Shown: piece by piece, positions 60,032 to 64,000 of the stretch | Layout of the letters: each line of letters begins with the position of its first letter | How positions within the stretch are numbered: position 1 is the first letter of the stretch | Assembly (NCBI GenBank): GCA_017549365.1 | Contig: JAFYUZ010000027.1 | Location: 5,619-69,618, forward strand | Reading direction: 5' to 3' | Source: Clostridia bacterium | GTDB lineage: Bacteria; Bacillota; Clostridia; Oscillospirales; CAG-382 | DNA: 64,000 nt | Program-made: the position numbers and the translations under genes | The notes under the pieces: model-generated | What the model was told of the DNA's origin: nothing | Databases searched by the model: none | The model's input: the letters and a program-made list of their open reading frames with translations, nothing else

Positions 60032-61384
60032 TTAATATGCAATGCCCTGTGCCTTCATAGCTTCGGCAACCTTGATAAAGCCCGCAATGTTTGCACCTGC
60101 AACGAGGTCGTCGCCCATACCGTAGGTGTGAGCAGCTTCCATAGAGTTGTTGAAGATGTTCTTCATGATCATCTTGAGCTTTTCGTCAACTTCTTCTGCG
60201 CTCCAGCTGTAACGCATCGAGTTCTGAGACATTTCAAGACCGGAAACAGCAACGCCACCTGCATTAACTGCCTTGGAAGGAGCGATCTTAAGACCCTTTT
60301 CCTTAAGGTATGCAACAGCTTCGTTTGTTGTGGGCATGTTGGATACTTCGATGTAGTACTTAACGCCTGCAGCAACGATCTTTTCTGCTTCTGCCATGCC
60401 AACTTCGTTCTGAGTTGCACAAGGCATAACGATGTCTACCTTTGTGCCCCAAGGCTTTTCGCCGGGGAAGAACTGTACGCCGAACTTGTCTGCGTAGTCC
60501 TGAACCTTGTTACGGCAGGAAGCACGCATTTCGAGCATGTAGTTGATCTTTTCTTCTGTGCAGATTCCGTCGGGATCGTAGATATAGCCGTCGGGACCGG
60601 AGATTGTAACAACCTTACCGCCGAGCTCGTTGATCTTCTTTACTGTACCCCAAGCAACGTTACCGAAGCCGGATACTGCAAATGTCTTGCCCTTGATATC
60701 ATCGCCGAAATACTTGAGCATTTCAACTGCATAATAAACTGCGCCGTAGCCTGTTGCTTCGGGACGGATAAGAGAACCGCCGTAAGGAATGCCCTTACCT
60801 GTGAGAACGCCTGTAAATTCGTTCTGGAGTCTCTTGTACTGACCGAAGAGGTAGCCGACTTCACGTGCACCTACGCCGATGTCACCTGCGGGAACGTCGG
60901 TGTTGGGGCCGATGTGCTTTGCAAGCTCTGTCATAAAGCTCTGGCAGAAGCGCATAACTTCCATATCGGATTTGCCCTGGGGATCAAAGTCAGATCCGCC
61001 CTTACCGCCGCCCATGGGAAGGCTTGTAAGGCTGTTCTTAAGTGTCTGCTCGAAGCCGAGGAACTTGATGATGGAAGAGTTTACAGAGGGATGGAAACGG
61101 AGACCGCCCTTGTAAGGACCGATCGCCGAGTTAAACTGTACGCGGTAGCCGCGGTTTACCTGAACCTTGCCGTTGTCGTCAACCCAGCTTACTCTGAACT
61201 GGATGAAACGTTCGGGCTCAACAAATCTTTCGAGAATGCCTGCTTCGATGAGGTCAGGTCTCTTTTCGAATACGATCTCGATGGATTCGAGAACTTCCTT
61301 GACGGTCTGAAGAAATTCAGGCTCGCCGGGATTTTTCTTTTCAACAGATGCAAAAACATCGTTGAAATACTGCAATTTGAACAT
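60032..61384 (-). CDS. gdhA: NADP-specific glutamate dehydrogenase
   Basis: 'LPMGGGKGGSDFDP', 'GFGNVAWG', 450 aa. Confidence 0.93.
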   Translation of the reverse strand: MFKLQYFNDVFASVEKKNPGEPEFLQTVKEVLESIEIVFEKRPDLIEAGILERFVEPERFIQFRVSWVDDNGKVQVNRGYRVQFNSAIGPYKGGLRFHPSVNSSIIKFLGFEQTLKNSLTSLPMGGGKGGSDFDPQGKSDMEVMRFCQSFMTELAKHIGPNTDVPAGDIGVGAREVGYLFGQYKRLQNEFTGVLTGKGIPYGGSLIRPEATGYGAVYYAVEMLKYFGDDIKGKTFAVSGFGNVAWGTVKKINELGGKVVTISGPDGYIYDPDGICTEEKINYMLEMRASCRNKVQDYADKFGVQFFPGEKPWGTKVDIVMPCATQNEVGMAEAEKIVAAGVKYYIEVSNMPTTNEAVAYLKEKGLKIAPSKAVNAGGVAVSGLEMSQNSMRYSWSAEEVDEKLKMIMKNIFNNSMEAAHTYGMGDDLVAGANIAGFIKVAEAMKAQGIAY

Positions 61385-61440
61385 TTGGAGTTCCTCCTTA
61401 GTATAAGAAAAAAATTTCTTTCAAAAATTTGTACAGTTTA

Positions 61441-61469
61441 GTATAGCACAGTTTTTTTGAAATTGCAAG
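61441..61469 (-). promoter_or_regulatory. Sigma-A promoter, TTGCAA-17nt-TATACT, for gdhA
   Basis: TTGCAA at 61464-61469 (its own reverse complement). Reverse complement of 61441-61446 is TATACT. Confidence 0.55.
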
Positions 61470-61703
61470 ATTTTTTATTGAAATTTCAAAAAAAGTTGTA
61501 AACAGGCACCTTTTTGCTATATTTTTCACAATTTTTTGAATTTTTTGATTTCCAAAAATTCAAAATTCGCCATAAAAACCGCTTTTCGCACCCCCGTTTT
61601 GGGCAAAAAACGGTCAAAGGCGGCAAATTTCATTCATCGGGCACATCATAATCTTTTCAGCAAAAAAGCGGCACTCTGCCTTTGTTTTGCAGAGTGCCTG
61701 TTT

Positions 61704-62468
61704 TCAACCGTGCATTTCTTCGATGTGATAAACGTAATCAAGGGTTTTGAGAGCCTCGATTATCTCGTGGTGGGTCTTGTACTTTTTAAGCTCCGCCGAG
61801 CTTATCGAGATCGAAACCGAATAAACGCTGAGTCCAGAATTTGCATAGGCAGGATTCAATTCAATATCGTCGATCTTAAGTCCAAGCCTTCTTATGGTGG
61901 TTACAAAATCCTGCAACTTTACGCTGGTGGTAAGCTCAAGGTGAATTTCAAAATGGTTCGATCTGTTTTTGAGATATCTTTCAAATACGGGGAAGATCGA
62001 AAGACACAAAAGCAAAGCGCAAAAAGCAGCAAGGGTTACGGTGTAATACCCTGCGCCGCAGGTAAGTCCGATGATGCCGCAGGTCCAAAGTCCCACCGAA
62101 GTGGTAAGGCCCTTTATCTGATTTCTCGAGCTGAAAACCATCGAATTTACGCTGATTATTGCCGTGGCAATAACAGACGCGGCAGAGGTCATATAAAATT
62201 TGATGCCCGCAACGTCGGCAAGAAAAATATCAAGCATCATGGCAACCGTTGATGCCAGCGAAACGAGAATAAAGGTACGCAGACCCGCCGAGTGACGCTT
62301 GCTCGAGCGCTCGCATCCGATTATTGCCGCAAGAATCACCGAAAGGATTATGCGCAAAAAAATGGTGGCGGCGTTGATCTCTGTTGACCATTCGCCAAGA
62401 AGGCGGGCAACGGGATCGATGATATACTTTGACGTTTCGGTCAAAACTTCGGGGACGATAAATTGCAT
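61704..62468 (-). CDS. mgtC: MgtC/SapB-family membrane protein with a C-terminal ACT-like domain
   Basis: 'IIGCERSSKRHSAGLRTF.LV.LAS'. A terminator hairpin ggcactctgc/gcagagtgcc lies at 61669-61697. Confidence 0.8.
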   Translation of the reverse strand: MQFIVPEVLTETSKYIIDPVARLLGEWSTEINAATIFLRIILSVILAAIIGCERSSKRHSAGLRTFILVSLASTVAMMLDIFLADVAGIKFYMTSAASVIATAIISVNSMVFSSRNQIKGLTTSVGLWTCGIIGLTCGAGYYTVTLAAFCALLLCLSIFPVFERYLKNRSNHFEIHLELTTSVKLQDFVTTIRRLGLKIDDIELNPAYANSGLSVYSVSISISSAELKKYKTHHEIIEALKTLDYVYHIEEMHG

Positions 62469-62480
62469 CTCAATTCCTCC

Positions 62481-63923
62481 TTAAAAAATCCGCTTGTTTC
62501 CGTGGCGCGATCTGTGCGCCGAAAGTTGACTGTTAAAATGTTCCTCGGCGGCATTGGTAAAGGCCTGCTCCTCCTCGGAAACGGTGTTTTGCGGAAGTTC
62601 TTTCTGTATCTTTTGTATACGTTCAATAAGTATTTCAAGCGAAGATTTCTGCTCGCCGTCGTCGGTTTTTTCCTCCACCTGTACGATCTCCTCAAGCTTT
62701 GTGGAATACGAGCCCGAAAGATAAAGCGAAAGCTTTGCACACACGGGACCCACAAGCTCGTAAAGCACGCTTGCGGCAAGGATTATCGTTTCAAGGGCAG
62801 ATCCCATCTCGCCGCCCAGCTCTCGTGCGCCCAGCACCGCAAGACCGATGGCGACCCCCGCCTGGGGAATAAGGGCAAGTCCGAGATAATTGCGGACCTT
62901 TTGCGATTTTTTCACAATGGCGCATCCGACAAAGGCGCCGGCATATTTTGCGATGATACGCACGATAAAATATGTAATGCCGACCACAAGCAACGAAACC
63001 GCGCCAATGGCGCCCGTTGTACCCACAAGGGCTCCGAGATCAAAGCTTAATCCCGAGCGAACGAAGAACAAAAGCAATATCGGGGGCGAAAAATAGTTGA
63101 TCTGTTTGAAAAGCTTGTCGTCCTGTGCCACGTTGATATACACCGTACCCATCGACATACATCCGAGAAGCGGCGAAATGCCAAGCATGGCGCAGATGCC
63201 GCAAAAGGTGAAAAGAAGCGCCACGGTTATAATAAGTCGGTTGTCGTTCGAGCGGTGGTGGATGAGAAGCTTCATTATATATCCGAACACGCAACCGAGA
63301 AGAAGAACGCCGATATTCGTGGCAATGGGAACAAGAACGTTTGATGCGCTGACACTGCTTCCCGACGAAAGCGCCACAGCCACCGAGATCGAGATGCTGT
63401 ATGCAACGATGGCAACGATGTTGTCAAGGGCAACCACCTGCAAAAGAGTATCAACAAAATCTCCCTTTGCCCCCGTCTGACGAATGGTCATCATGGTGGA
63501 TGCAGGGGCAGTTGCCGCCGCAAGCGCCGAAAGAACTATGGAAAAAGCAAGCTGCAGACGAAGCACGAAAAAGGTCAGCACAAATATAAAAACAGAAGCA
63601 AAAAGCGCTTCGGCAAGGGTGATGACAATCACCTTTGCACCGTTCTTTTTAAGGGCGGACAGTCTGAAAAATTCGCCGGTGCTGAAAGCGATGAAGGCAA
63701 GGGCAATGTCCGACAAAAAATCTGTGCCCGATATCACGTGTTCGGGAATAAGGTCAAGACAAAACGGGCCAATGAGTATGCCCGTCAGGATGTAGGCGGT
63801 GACGTTTGGCAATTTCAGCCGTTTTGTAATGCGTGTCATCAGAAAACCGACGAACAGCATCAGTGAAACCGCAATGATCGTAACGGCACCGGGATCTATC
63901 TTTGCATATATGTTATTGAGCAT
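62481..63923 (-). CDS. Cation:proton antiporter (CPA2 / Na+-H+ exchanger family)
   Basis: About 12 transmembrane helices with a soluble C-terminal tail. AAAGGAG precedes the ATG at 63923. Confidence 0.8.
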   Translation of the reverse strand: MLNNIYAKIDPGAVTIIAVSLMLFVGFLMTRITKRLKLPNVTAYILTGILIGPFCLDLIPEHVISGTDFLSDIALAFIAFSTGEFFRLSALKKNGAKVIVITLAEALFASVFIFVLTFFVLRLQLAFSIVLSALAAATAPASTMMTIRQTGAKGDFVDTLLQVVALDNIVAIVAYSISISVAVALSSGSSVSASNVLVPIATNIGVLLLGCVFGYIMKLLIHHRSNDNRLIITVALLFTFCGICAMLGISPLLGCMSMGTVYINVAQDDKLFKQINYFSPPILLLFFVRSGLSFDLGALVGTTGAIGAVSLLVVGITYFIVRIIAKYAGAFVGCAIVKKSQKVRNYLGLALIPQAGVAIGLAVLGARELGGEMGSALETIILAASVLYELVGPVCAKLSLYLSGSYSTKLEEIVQVEEKTDDGEQKSSLEILIERIQKIQKELPQNTVSEEEQAFTNAAEEHFNSQLSAHRSRHGNKRIF

Positions 63924-64000
63924 TTTTGCTCCTTTCAAAAATTTTTATTTTTCCCCTTGAAAAGATATACACATTATGATACACTATTATTACATAAAGT

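Noticed and set aside
1-64000. Search for tRNA, rRNA, riboswitch or T-box elements in the intergenic regions (3715-4158, 20165-20315, 23391-23543, 23787-24034, 24749-24980, 32994-33267, 50809-51069, 59650-60031, 61385-61703).
   Set aside because: I found no T-loop (GGTTCGA-type) or cloverleaf candidates and no recognisable riboswitch cores. Leaders are short, or are explained by promoters and terminators. A covariance-model scan (tRNAscan-SE, Infernal/Rfam) would be the decisive check.

Overview
The window looks like chromosome from a spore-forming Firmicute of the class Clostridia, by eye about 50% GC. The taxon call is an inference from gene content and gene order. About 55 protein genes can be supported. 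I found no rRNA, tRNA or CRISPR array.

Layout:
- 4.1-18.0 kb: a conserved housekeeping block in the same order as the B. subtilis yloC-yloS region: yicC, remA, gmk, rpoZ, priA, def, fmt, Zn-peptidase, rsmB, rlmN, PP2C phosphatase, PASTA kinase, rsgA, thiN. coaBC and rpe are absent from it.
- 18.5-24.8 kb: a small accessory patch with two paralogous XRE regulators, a membrane protein and secreted envelope proteins.
- 25.0-33.1 kb: rpoC and rpoB as a stand-alone pair with their own promoter.
- 33.7-39.1 kb: spoIVB, followed by a 4.1 kb two-gene insertion.
- 39-46 kb: a carbohydrate-utilisation patch (AraC, SDR, DMT transporter, DUF4091, SASA-type esterase, RNHCP protein, uxuA).
- 46-64 kb: a DnaC/DnaI-like ATPase, a WalRK-like two-component operon, an SNF symporter, a PAP2 phosphatase, a glycyl-radical-enzyme locus, a GH28-like hydrolase, gdhA, mgtC and a CPA2 antiporter.

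Most notable observations read directly from the sequence:
1. A roughly 145-nt direct duplication of the spoIVB 3' end plus its terminator, with a 55-nt perfect core, brackets the AT-richer two-gene insertion. No integrase is visible.
2. The glycyl radical enzyme gene has an in-frame TAG. It is also joined in frame, with no stop codon, to an upstream SoxS/MarA-sized AraC HTH ORF.
3. A roughly 300-bp hairpin-dense element carries seven copies of the motif AGTGATATT (four forward, three inverted). It appears to be inserted into a split bidirectional terminator between the GH28-like gene and gdhA.
4. An EF-Tu domain-II-like barrel sits between Ig-like repeats in a repeat protein at the left edge of the window.
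5. rpoC carries an insertion of about 115 aa.

I cannot show that any of these is a functional new system. All functional readings are inference.
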